Positions 1-11,894 of a stretch of DNA of 64,000 nucleotides are shown here, one piece after another. The translations under genes were made by a program, and so were the position numbers. Under the pieces are notes generated by a model. The model did not search any database. It worked only from the letters and a program-made list of their open reading frames with translations, and was not told the DNA's origin. This DNA comes from Macrostomum hystrix (Eukaryota; Animalia; Platyhelminthes): the NCBI GenBank assembly GCA_950097015.1, contig CATNEN010000039.1:2976001-3040000 (forward strand), in the 5' to 3' direction. The first letter of the stretch is position 1; every line of letters begins with the position of its first letter.

Positions 1-1766
1 CCCTCCCCACAGATGCAGACAGTCGCAGCCTACGCACTGGTCGCGACATGAACATGGCCCCAGCCGCCACGTAGGGCGGGTAGGCCTCCCACTTGTATTC
101 AGAGATGGAGATGTCCCACTTGCTGCGATGCTGCCTGGTCCTGCGTCTGGGCAGCGAGGTGCGCCAAACGTAGCCACCTAGGAACCGGGCGAACACGGCA
201 GCGCTGATGGAGTCCAGCTGGCGCTCCACCTGAGTTTCAACGGGTTCGGAGAAGCAAATTTACGAGCTGGTGCACTCGGCTGCCAGATTATTTGATTGCA
301 ACAAAATTTTACCCCTAGCAACTAAGCTACTGTCATAGCAACCAAGCTACTACCATAGCAACCAAGCTACTGTCATAGCAACCAAGCTACTACCATAGCA
401 ACCAAGCTACTGTCATAGCAACCAAGCTACTACCATAGCAACCAAGCTACTGTGACAGTAGCCAAGCCACTGTCACCCTGTTGGCCACTAGCAACCAAGC
501 TATTGTCATGACAACCAAGCTACTGTCATAGTATCCAGGCCACTGTCACCCTGTTGGCCCCTAGCAACCAAGCTACTGTCATAGAAACTAAGCTACTGTC
601 CTAGAAACCAAGCTACTGTCATGGCAACCAAGCTACTGTTATAGAAACCAAGCTACTGTCATGGCAACCAAGCTACTGTCATAGAAACCAAGTTAGTGTC
701 ACTAGTTGGCCCCTAGCAACCAAGCTACTGTTTCCTACTCAGCAGAGTAGTTGCGAACCTGATAAGGATTTACGAAAAAATCATCGTCCACAAATGCAGT
801 GAAGCGAGCCGAGGGACACTCCGCCTCAGACCACTGGATTCCGGACATCAGCTTCAGCGTGTTGTTGAAGTAGTGATCAACAAACTCGCGCACCAGCAGG
901 TCGCGGTGTAGTTTATCCTCCTGGGCCAGGGCGCGGCGCCAGTTGCGCACCCGGCGAATAACCTGACGGCCGCGGCGCACCCCGTAGGCCGCATCGGCAC
1001 CGAGCAGGAAGTACACTCGCAAATGTCGCTGCCAGCACTCCGGCCTGGCCCAAGTTCTCCGGATCGCGTCCCGATTGGCCACATTGGCCGGGTGCGACTT
1101 CACCAGCAGCAGCAGCTGCGGCTCGGAGTCGTTGCAGCCGCCGGCGTGCCGGATCAGCCAGGGGTAGTCCAGCTGGTTGATGGGGCTGACGGAGACTGAC
1201 TGACCGGAGCGGAGCCGCGCCAGCAGCTCAGGCATGTCGACGCTGAGCGGATAGCGGAAGTCCTGACTGCCGTAGCCATTCAACCGACCGGTTTCGGTCA
1301 GGACTTCCAACGGGAGGCGGCCGACGTCGCTCCTGCCGCCCGGAGACTCTTCGAACGCGCTCTCTTCAATGAAGACATCGTTAACGGACTTCCGTTCGTA
1401 GAGTACTTCGCCGTCGCCGCTGCCAGGCCCCTTGCCACTCTCGGCGCGAACCGAGGCCACACCGGCCGAAGCCGCATTTCGATTGTCGCTGTCATCATCG
1501 GAGGCCATCAAGCCGGCGGTTTCCGCCGCCGCAGCCGCCGCCTCCGCCGCCGTGTCCTTCATGCGGAACAACATGACCCGTTGGCCGCCGCGGAGGGAGC
1601 CGCTGCTGCCGCGGACAACGATGGCCAGAATGAAGATGAAGCAGAGGACGTACACAAAAGTGCAGGTGAAGATGCACAGCAGGCAGTCGGGACTTTTCAA
1701 CCGATTCGAGAGCCGGCCCCAGACGGCTGAGCAGACGCGGGCAGCTCGCCGGGATTTGCGCCACAT
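1..1766 (-). CDS. Beta-1,3-galactosyl/GlcNAc-transferase (GT31, Galactosyl_T family), 3'-partial; exons 1766-759 and 229-<1
   Basis: N-terminal TM segment (LLCIFTCTFVYVLCFIFILAIVV); motifs LLLLVKS..N...RDAIRRTW, DHYFNNTLK, FVDDDFFVN. Donor CAG|GT at 759/758 and acceptor TCAG|G at 230/229 continue in frame to ...KWDISISEYKWEAYPPYVAAG. Start ATG 1766 is inferred. Confidence 0.9.
315..733. repeat. 20-bp minisatellite (ACCAAGCTACTGTCATAGCA)n in the glycosyltransferase intron
   Basis: Tandem units read directly. Confidence 0.95.
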
Positions 1767-2415
1767 TCCGAGCTGCAAATCCTTAACAGTCTGCCGCTGA
1801 TTTTCCCGCGACCGTCCAGTAAGTCGCAGTTGCTGCGGATGGCAAGTCACGTGACTGCATGCGTATTTCAGGCAGGACTGCTGGGTCTTTGAGTATGTTA
1901 GCAACCGGGAACGACATCCCCACCCGAATTCGGTCTCAAGGGCTACGAGTATTTTCTGAGCGTTTGGTGCTTGGAGTCTGCTCCCGGTTATAGGGGCCGG
2001 CCTTGGAAGGAACCATTTGTACACAGCTGATAAGATTCAGTAAGGCGCAGCCTTCAAAGATATGTTAAAAGTGGTTCTGGACTTGCGAGTCAGGGGCTGT
2101 GTATTCCAATGTGCACGCGCCTTCATGCCGCGGCTCCTTATTGTTTTGTTTTGTTATTGGGAATTCGCTTTGCTGTGGCCATTAGCCGAGCCAAGGATGT
2201 GGTCTTGCCCAAAGACTACGAATCATTCCCCCAAGAGTGCAGTACATTCGTGGCCACTAAAAGACAGCGGCTAGAGTTCCGGCAGAACTGAAATGAGAGC
2301 TTCCGGTCTTTAAGAATAGACTGTAAGCATTTTCGGTAAAACGTGTCTAACTTTTTGTCAAACGTTTTTGAAAGTGTCTAACATAATTATGCATACATGC
2401 ACCAGAGAACACAGA

Positions 2416-2422
2416 ATAATAA

Positions 2423-2464
<42 letters not shown>

Positions 2465-2630
2465 TGCAGGAGGGCTGCGGGCATTGGCACATCATTTAGT
2501 GACACTAGTCCCGCAGCCAGCGAATTCTGACCATTCCGCTGATTCCTGAGCACAAAAAAATGTGGCCTCGCCGTGGAATCGAACTTAGGGACCGTGGTGC
2601 GAGAGGCGAACTCGATAACGAAGACGCAAA
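2416..2630 (-). mobile_element. tRNA-derived SINE copy 1, internally deleted, with (ATT)n tail
   Basis: Reverse complement matches the head (B-box GTTCGATTCC) and the 3' end of the copies at 8644 and 53582. The (TAA)n run at 2416-2463 is its tail and the central part is missing. Confidence 0.8.
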
Positions 2631-3122
2631 AAAACCTCGAGAGCAATTAAAGCATTAAATAAAAAGACAGGTGCTTTCATGAGCTAAGATTAAGGCTCAG
2701 ATTTAATTTAGCGTAAAAGTTTCTGACTCAATTCCTTCACACACATAAGACGTAACACGCATTATTCGCTTGGCTGCTAAATTCTGTATCTCCATAAAGC
2801 CTGCCTGTCTCTGATTATTTTGTACGTCTCGCTCGCCTCGGTCGTCAGCCATTGTAATTTTTCTTTCCGTAACCATTGACAATGGTTAAGCAATAAAAGG
2901 TGTAGTTCTTGTTTAGAGCCACACAAAGTTAACTGACCATGCAAGTTGCTCATACATTTTGCAACAAAATTTATTACAGTCAATCTGTCAATCATGCCGA
3001 TCGGCTGACAATCGGTTTGAGTTGCTGTGCTATCTGCTTTTGGAGCTGAGTTCATAAACTTAAGCGAGGGTTGGAAACGTCTTATAACTCAGAGGCTAAA
3101 ACCTGGTTCCAAAGGTAAAGGT

Positions 3123-5538
3123 ATGAGACTGGGGAGAGATGAAACTGGGAGAGATGAGACTGGGAGAGATGAGACTGGGGATAGATGAAACTGGGAGAGA
3201 TGAGACTGGGAGAGATGAGACTGGGGATAGATGAAACTGGGAGAGATGAGACTGGGAGAGATGAGACTGGGAGAGATGAGACTGGGGATAGATGAAACTG
3301 GGAGAGATGAGACTGGGAGAGATGAGACTGGGGATAGATGAAACTGGGAGAGATGAGACTGGGAGAGATGAGACTGGGGAGAGATGAGACTGGGGAGAGA
3401 TGAGACTGGGGATAGATGAAACTGGGAGAGATGAGACTGGGAGAGATGAGACTGGGGATAGATGAGACTGGGAGAGATGAGACTGGGAGAGATGAGACTG
3501 GGAGAGATGAGACTGGGGATAGATGAAACTGGGAGAGATGAGACTGGGAGAGATGAGACTGGGGATAGATGAAACTGGGAGAGATGAGACTGGGAGAGAT
3601 GAGACTGGGGATAGATGAGACTGGGAGAGATGAGACTGGGAGAGATGAGACTGGGAGAGATGAGACTGGGGATAGATGAGACTGGGGATAGATGAGACTG
3701 GGAGAGATGAGACTGGGGATAGATGAAACTGGGAGAGATGAGACTGGGAGAGATGAGACTGGGGAGAGATGAGACTGGGGAGAGATGAGACTGGGGATAG
3801 ATGAAACTGGGAGAGATGAGACTGGGAGAGATGAGACTGGGGAGAGATGAGACTGGGGAGAGATGAGACTGGGGATAGATGAAACTGGGAGAGATGAGAC
3901 TGGGAGAGATGAGACTGGGGAGAGATGAGACTGGGAGAGATGAGACTGGGAGAGATGAGACTGGGAGAGATGAGACTGGGGATAGATGAAACTGGGAGAG
4001 ATGAAACTGGGAGAGATGAGACTGGGAGAGATGAGACTGGGGATAGATGAAACTGGGAGAGATGAAACTGGGAGAGATGAGACTGGGAGAGATGAGACTG
4101 GGGATAGATGAAACTGGGAGAGATGAGACTGGGAGAGATGAAACTGGGAGAGATGAGACTGGGGATAGATGAGACTGGGAGAGATGAGACTGGGGATAGA
4201 TGAAACTGGGAGAGATGAGACTGGGGATAGATGAGACTGGGAGAGATGAGACTGGGAGAGATGAGACTGGGGATAGATGAGACTGGGAGAGATGAGACTG
4301 GGGATAGATGAAACTGGGAGAGATGAGACTGGGAGAGATGAGACTGGGGATAGATGAAACTGGGAGAGATGAGACTGGGAGAGATGAGACTGGGGATAGA
4401 TGAGACTGGGAGAGATGAGACTGGGAGAGATGAGACTGGGAGAGATGAGACTGGGAGAGATGAGACTGGGGATAGATGAAACTGGGAGAGATGAGACTGG
4501 GAGAGATGAGACTGGGAGAGATGAGACTGGGAGAGATGAGACTGGGAGAGATGAGACTGGGAGAGATGAGACTGGGAGAGATGAGACTGGGAGAGATGAG
4601 ACTGGGAGAGATGAGACTGGGAGAGATGAGACTGGGAGAGATGAGACTGGGAGAGATGAGACTGGGAGAGATGAGACTGGGAGAGATGAGACTGGGAGAG
4701 ATGAGACTGGGAGAGATGAGACTGGGAGAGATGAGACTGGGAGAGATGAGACTGGGAGAGATGAGACTGGGAGAGATGAGACTGGGAGAGATGAGACTGG
4801 GAGAGATGAGACTGGGAGAGATGAGACTGGGAGAGATGAGACTGGGAGAGATGAGACTGGGAGAGATGAGACTGGGAGAGATGAGACTGGGAGAGATGAG
4901 ACTGGGAGAGATGAGACTGGGAGAGATGAGACTGGGAGAGATGAGACTGGGAGAGATGAGACTGGGAGAGATGAGACTGGGAGAGATGAGACTGGGAGAG
5001 ATGAGACTGGGAGAGATGAGACTGGGAGAGATGAGACTGGGAGAGATGAGACTGGGAGAGATGAGACCGGGGAGAGAGATGAGACTGGGAGAGATGAGAC
5101 TGGGAGAGATGAGACCGGGGAGAGAGATGAGACTGGGAGAGATGAGACTGGGAGAGATGAGACCGGGGAGAGAGATGAGACTGGGAGAGATGAGACTGGG
5201 AGAGATGAGACCGAGGAGAGAGATGAGACTGGGAGAGATGAGACTGGGAGAGATGAAACTGGGAGAGATGAGACTGGGAGAGATGAGACTGGGAGAGATG
5301 AGACCGGGGAGAGAGATGAGACTGGGAGAGATGAGACTGGGAGAGATGAGACCGAGGAGAGAGATGAGACTGGGAGAGATGAGACTGGGAGAGATGAGAC
5401 TGGGAGAGATGAGACTGGGAGAGATGAGACTGGGAGAGATGAGACTGGGAGAGATGAGACTGGGAGAGATGAGACTGGGGAGAGATAAGACCAGGGAGAG
5501 TTGAGATTGGGAGAGAAATGAGACATGGGGAGAGATGA
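3123..5538. repeat. 2.4-kb 15/16-bp minisatellite (GAGATGAGACTGGGA)n
   Basis: Tandem array with a homogeneous core at about 4490-5065 and variant-rich flanks. Confidence 0.97.
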
Positions 5539-5544
5539 GTCCGG

Positions 5545-5875
5545 GCGATGACACATCATTTCGCGACACTAGACCCGCAGCCAGCGAGGAGGCAATTCTG
5601 CCCATTCCGCTGATTCCTGAGCACACACGCTCACAGATACTGTACGCAGGCACACGCTCACACAGGTGTGTACATCTGCCCTGACTTTCTCATCGTCAGG
5701 CAGTGTACATTTCACTGTGCCTTGGAGGCTGGCCCTCAACGGCGCCAATTGCACGACAAGCCCCGAAGCCTTCTATCCGCGGCTGCACCTCAAATGAGTG
5801 TGGCCTCACCGCGGAATCGAGCTCAGGGACCTTGGTGCGAGTGGCAAACGCGTTGACCGCTCCGCCACTCACCTC
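5545..5875 (-). mobile_element. tRNA-derived SINE copy 2
   Basis: Reverse complement aligns by eye with 8644-8970 over about 320 bp. Confidence 0.85.
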
Positions 5876-6938
5876 CAAAGTTATTAGTATAAAAGTGAGG
5901 GTAGGTAACATTGATATTTTAACCTACCTTTGCCTAATTGAAAGTGTCGCCGTGATTCTAGGCTGGTCGATCGCAGCGGCTGGCAGGCTGGATGTCGGGC
6001 ACCATCGGTTGCAGACGTCTCGTCGACCAGATTCTGTCATGCGTGAGGGTCAGCAGTGGCTTTAGAAAGGCTCACACAGCTGCACACACAAGGCTAATAT
6101 GAGCATTGCAGGCCTGAGCCAGTCTCTAACAATGCCTGCAGTTATTGGGCCACTTCCGCATTGGCCAAACTGGACGCATTGACGCCAAGATGCTGGCAGC
6201 TTTAATCAGACTTTCAGGACTGCTCACTGCTCGACACTTGCAGCCGTGCTCACAGGCTGGCTCTGCTCCTATGCGCAATTCGCAATTTGCTCTCGTGCGA
6301 TCGAGTGAGAGCGGGAGGCAAAGGGAGAAATATAGGAAGCGGACTAGGAAGCCGTGACGAGGCGAGTCGGGAAAGCTCTGGGGCGCGTGAGTTAAGTACT
6401 AATGTTTGCAGCTCTGGGATGCTGTCTGCTTGATCCTCGATACATTCGCGGGATTGGGCCGGCGTTGGGGTGGGGGTACAGGCGCTGGACTCAGGCAAAT
6501 GAATGCGCCACATCAAACTGCTAGTCTAGCGGGTAAAGCTCAGACTTGTGTTGGATTTAGCCTCACATTGTGGACAGGCCTGCATTGCTGCACTGCTTTC
6601 ATTCATCCATACAAATCACGGGCATTTGTGAACCAATCATGGGCTCACTCATCATCAACGAGAAACAGGCCTCTGTAACTTCTTCCCCGAGAATATATAT
6701 GCTCGTAGTTAGCAACTAGCTATAGTTGGCACATACAGCAATCGTTCCATCACCTGGGAGAAGTAAGGATAGATGATGATAATAAATCACTGCCACTGAT
6801 GAAACTAACCTGGTCTAGTACTGTGGGCCAAGTTCAAGACTATGCAATACCTCAAACTTACGCATCACTAGCTCCGAATCACGAAATGAAAACACAATCA
6901 GAGCCTGACAAAGTTCGATAAGGCCATCTAGATAAGTA

Positions 6939-7899
6939 CGAGGTGCATTCAAAAAGTTCTTTTCGGTGCTCAGCAAAAATTAACAAAAAACGTATGGAAC
7001 AATGAAAACATGGTTAGGTCATTCAATGTCATTCGGTCACTCAACATATTCACCGCCAATGTCTTTGCACTTCTGCCAGCGATGCACCAGACCTCTGATT
7101 CCAGTACCCACGCCTCTCGCGTCCGTTTCACGCACCGCACCTTGGCAAGCAGCTTTGATGTGCTCGACGCTGTCGAATCGAATGCCCCGAAGGTGCTTCT
7201 TCAGAGATGGGAATAGGAAGAAGTCACAGGGTGACAAATCGGGCGAGTAGGGCGGACGAAAGAAAATTCTCTCCTTCTCGCTGGAAACGGCGCAGGTGGT
7301 TGGTGGTGGCCAGAGCACGTTGCATCTTCTGCTCACCTGTCAGCAGGTGTGGCACCCACTTGCTGAATTTCTTCTGCAGGTTGAGACGCTCTGTCAGAAT
7401 GGTGTGCACACTGCCAACTGACACTCCGACATCTTCTGACAGCTCTTCGCAAGTCAGTCGCCGATCATCATCTAGGAGCTCCTGCACTTTCTTCACCACG
7501 GTCTCGTTGGTGGCAGTCATCGGTCTTCCAGAGCGGTCGTTGTCCTCGACGCTCTTCTGCCTTCAGCGAACAACCGGAACCACTTTCGAAAAGTCTGTTC
7601 AGTTGGTGCACTGTCACCAAACACTTGCTGAAGGTCTCTAAACATCTCCGGAGGTTTCTTTCCTTGCAGGAATTGGAACTTCATCAAGCTCCGAACGTCT
7701 TGCTTTGAAAAAGATTCTGCCATGGCCAAGAAATACTCGTAGAAGGTTAGCTTAAAAAATTGCTTGTAGCTCAGACAGTCACCAGCTAAGGCTAAAAACT
7801 CAGGAAGGTTTAGGCCATAAACTTAACTTGCAGCATTCGAAAAAAATTTGTTCTGTGTGTCATTTACAAAACCGAAAAGAACTTTTTGAATGCACCTCG
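6939..7899 (-). mobile_element. Mariner (Tc1/mariner) DNA transposon, internally deleted and non-autonomous
   Basis: 29-bp TIRs (CGAGGTGCATTCAAAAAGTTCTTTTCGGT at 6939-6967; inverse at 7871-7899) flanked by TA on both sides. Transposase remnants carry the HTH region, WVPHLL and YSPDLSPCD, with frameshifts; the first two catalytic Asp segments are absent. Confidence 0.95.
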
Positions 7900-8643
7900 T
7901 ATAGTATGAGTTAATGTATAGTTATTTACTTACCAAATCAGCTGTTATGTTTTATTTGCTCCTTTATAAAAATAGTTTTAAGACTTAGAAACTGTTCACG
8001 CACTATATGAAGCAGACCGAGCGAGATTTGCTACATGTCCGATAAGTTATGTTCTCTCAGCAGTATTGGACAGGCAGGCATGTAGCTGGTACACCCACGC
8101 ACAGATTGGCCACGCATCGCATAGCTGCATGTAACTAACAAGAATTATTCCGTGCAGTCACACACGTCCATTTACCAACTGCCATTGGAGGCTCTCCGTC
8201 AAACATTTGCAACGCAGGCAAGCTGTCGGCTGTGCATTGGCACGAATGCAAAAAGGCTAGAATTAGAGATTAGATAACGGTGGAAGGAAATACGGCCAAG
8301 CATTGGTCTCATTGCTGTAATTTGCAGAGTTCTCTGGCTTAATGCATTAGCGATAACTGCAGGCTAGAAACACATGCTTCTCACATGCCAGCAGGAGGTC
8401 GGGAGTTCAAATCTCTGCTCAAGAGAAACATCTAAATTGTGTCTCGTTGAGGAGGATAATTTATCTCCAATTGCTCCGATTCACCCAGAAACAGTTGGAG
8501 GTCAGAAATTTTGGTGACCTCCCCAGTCCATGGACTGTACAGCTGTACGCCTATGGAAACGCCACTGGCTGCACATCTGACCCAATTTGGTGTAATCTCT
8601 ATCTACATGCGCACATCTATGTACATGTAATATAGGGTATACA

Positions 8644-8998
8644 GGGTGAGTGCCAGAGCGGTTAACGTGTTTGCCTCTCGCACCAGTCTCCCTGAGCTCG
8701 ATTCCGCGGTGAGGCCACATTCATTTGGGGTGCAGCCGCGGAGAGAAGGCTTCGGGGCTCGTCGTGCAATTGGCGCCGTTGAGGGCCAGCCTCGAAGGTA
8801 CAGTGAAATGTACACTGCCTGACGATGAGAAAGTCAGGGGTGATGTACACACCTGTGTGAGTGTTTGCCTGCCTACAGTATCTGTGTGCGTGTGCTCAGG
8901 AATCAGCGGAATGGGCAGAATTGCCTCCTCGCTGGCTGCGGGTCAAAGTGTCGCTAAACGATGTGCCAATTCTGCAGCCGTCCTGCAAATCATAATTT
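8644..8998 (+). mobile_element. tRNA-derived SINE copy 3
   Basis: A-box-like GTGCCAGAGCGGTT and B-box-like GCTCGATTCC; body shared with the other three copies; AT-rich tail. Confidence 0.85.
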
Positions 8999-11894
8999 TT
9001 ATAAAAAATGTCAGATAGGGTATGTACTCGTAGATTGACCTGTGGCTTCAATAGCATATTATTGTTTATTCTTCTTACTTCAGTAAATATGCATGCATAT
9101 TTTTATGTGTATCACAATAAGCACGCTCACGAAAATTCTTTCAATCGAGGTCGAAATACGTATTAAATTGTATTCAAGTTTTGCGCAGTGGAGCGTTCCT
9201 CTAGGTCCCACTATTTTTGTGGGACCTATAAAATCGTGTTTGGACGGAATTTTACAGCTAAGGCATTGCTGCAGCGCGCAGATCCGACTGAACCCTATCG
9301 ATTGGTGCAGTGAAGCAACAGCTACTGTTACGCAAGCATTTTCTAGCCCGCCCTGTGGAAATCGCGACATACTCAAACAGCCCTACTACCAGTAAGCTAT
9401 CGCAAACATTTTAAAGCCATCATCAGACAGAAACAGCTCGGCCAAAGCGTAAAACAAAAACTTGATTTGCTGTATTGTTAAATTATGTGACAAACTCGCT
9501 CAACATATTACTTGTTATCGAATTTCAAAAGCAATAGAAGTATGTTGCTATTGTAGTTTAAAAAAATTGCTGCGTTCTTTTGATGTCTGAATATATATGT
9601 AACTTATAAATTTAAAGCACTTTATGTTCAATGCATTCGTTTTATGCTCTCCTCTACATACAAAGTAGATCTTGGAGCTTGTTATCCTCGTTATTCTCCT
9701 CAGTGTATGACTTGTTGATGGGCGTTGGCTGTTGTTAGTTTTGGTTCGTATATATTTCGGTCAAATCAAGGTCTCAACCCACCCAATGATTCACGATCAA
9801 AATTTTCGTCCCTAGCAAGAAGCTGCAGATTTCTCGATCTGTTCATTCCTCGTCAATTGGAGTAAGCTGACAGACGATATGCGAGCGCAATGTATGTTTT
9901 CGGCTCCTACATTTATGTTAAAATATTGAGCATGGCTACTATGCTATGTATGTATACTATGCATGGCTGCATATAAAATGAAGAGACTTGTGGCCAGTCT
10001 TTAAGTACTTTCCTTGCAGTATGCCTAACAACTTTGACACCAGACAATCAAAAGAGCTGAGATCTTTGATTCATATTTAGTTCGGTATTAAATGCAAAAA
10101 ACGGATATAATCTATAGGTATGCAACTGTTTGATGAGCTAGAATCTCTAGGTAAAAATAAATTTCTAAAATTTGCAAGCGCACACGTGATGCACAATTTA
10201 CTAATTCAATTGTAAATCATAATCATTTTTAAGCAGTAAAACAAGCGTTACTATATTTTTTGTTAAAACGCATTTTATATTGTACAGGCAGGTAAAAAGT
10301 AAACAAACAAAATATAGTAAATTTCTCTACAGAAACAAAGTAATTTTCTAAAATAAAAGTTCTTAGAAAAGTAATGTTGATACTGTTAAATTCGAATTTG
10401 AGTGTAAGAAGAAATTATTGTCGAAAATTTATCGGATTGGATTAGAACCTAACCGAATCTGTTGATTGTTAGACAAAATTGATTGTCTACTTCTACATTA
10501 GGAGTATTAGGGGTATCTAGGAGTATTCTAGGAGTTCAGGAAGATTCATTTTTCCTGAAATCGAGCATATCTTGAACTCCCGAGACAAACAGAATCACTC
10601 AGTTGAATACACGCTTGTGCTTGGGCGTTGGGCGTGTGTGTATATCTGCTCTAACTTTTAATAATCATTCATCAAGCAGTACACAATCATCTTTTGAACT
10701 CTCACAGCTATCTGGCTGTGTCTTAGGAGATTGCCCCTCTATATTTTGATCAGTTGAGCATTAATTTATGGATAGGCCAAGTTTCAGCCTTCTCGAGCCA
10801 TGACGTCTAGATTTTTTTACAATGTAAAAATGCATTGTGCCGTGTAGCTTCTAGCCAAAGGGCCAGGTTAACCATGACCTGGTGTAGGCCTAGCTATATA
10901 GCACTATCGTTTAATAACTAATAAATTTTCAATGGTCATTTTACTTAAAATATTTAGACAAGAGTTTGGATAGGTTTATTGATACTAAGTCAGTAAAGTA
11001 AACTTTTTGTTTAAAGTTAATTCAAATTTATAGGTTTTATGATTCCTAGATAGATTTAAGGTATGCCCTACTATTTTAGTTATGCAAAATTGTGATTATC
11101 AAATGGGTATTTATGAAATGTATTATGCTGTTTATTTCATTTCAGCAAGCTTCAGAATTTATTGTTAGTGATTTATTATCTATCACTCTTAAAGATATTT
11201 AAAGCTAGCTATTTAAAAGTACCATACACACTTTGCCCTTTTATTTTCTTATTTTTAGCCCATTTCTAGCTAGACCTGTGTGGCCCAGTTTAGATTTATT
11301 TTTTGGCAGTCTAGCCATTTCTTACTTTTTGCTTCAATTAAATGCATTTCAGTTTTTGTAAAGATACTGAATAACATTTCTTGTGGAAATATAAGTGTAA
11401 GAATTAAAATAATATCTATATTAACATATTATTTTCTTATTGAGCTAGCTAACAATAGCAAAATAGGTGATTAGCTATGACAAATAGTGCACAAATAATA
11501 TATATTGTTATTATAGGGCTAATAACTCTTTCTCAGCTAAAAAAATTAGATTTTTGTAACTCCTCACTTTTCAGAATAATTACTGGCTATATAATGAAAT
11601 AGTATAATTCTTAACAATTTAAAGGAGCTGTGATCATTAAACTTATATTAAAATGGCTCCATATACATTTCAGTAGCTATGTATAAACTGTATTTCATAG
11701 GTTCTTAATACTTTTGATTTATTTATTCGTGTTTATAAAAAGCACAAAAGTAAACATTTTTGCATTTTACAGGACAATAATCAGAACACTTTTGCTTGTC
11801 ATCCCACAGCATTTAAGTTGGTCATCCAGAACTAAATATCACAGTTGTGCTTCCTCTCCTACCGAGTTCAGCAAAGCCTAGACACAGGCCACAC

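Noticed and set aside
1767-2024. N-terminal 86 aa of the 429-aa ORF
   Set aside because: It starts at a non-ATG codon. ATG 1766 just before the TM segment fits type II Golgi glycosyltransferase topology better.
3082-5653. 825- and 854-aa ORFs and similar periodic ORFs at 13455-15479, 22978-24977, 38245-38964, 49157-50599, 51259-53298, 56238-57632 and 59382-60010
   Set aside because: They are translations of stop-free tandem repeats, open in several frames and strands, and mostly lie inside introns of genes defined by splice sites.
8818-8840. CTGACGA...GAAA in the SINE body as a hammerhead ribozyme core
   Set aside because: There is no room for stem II between CUGANGA and GAAA, and the bases pair as a simple hairpin. 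An Infernal/Rfam search would settle it.
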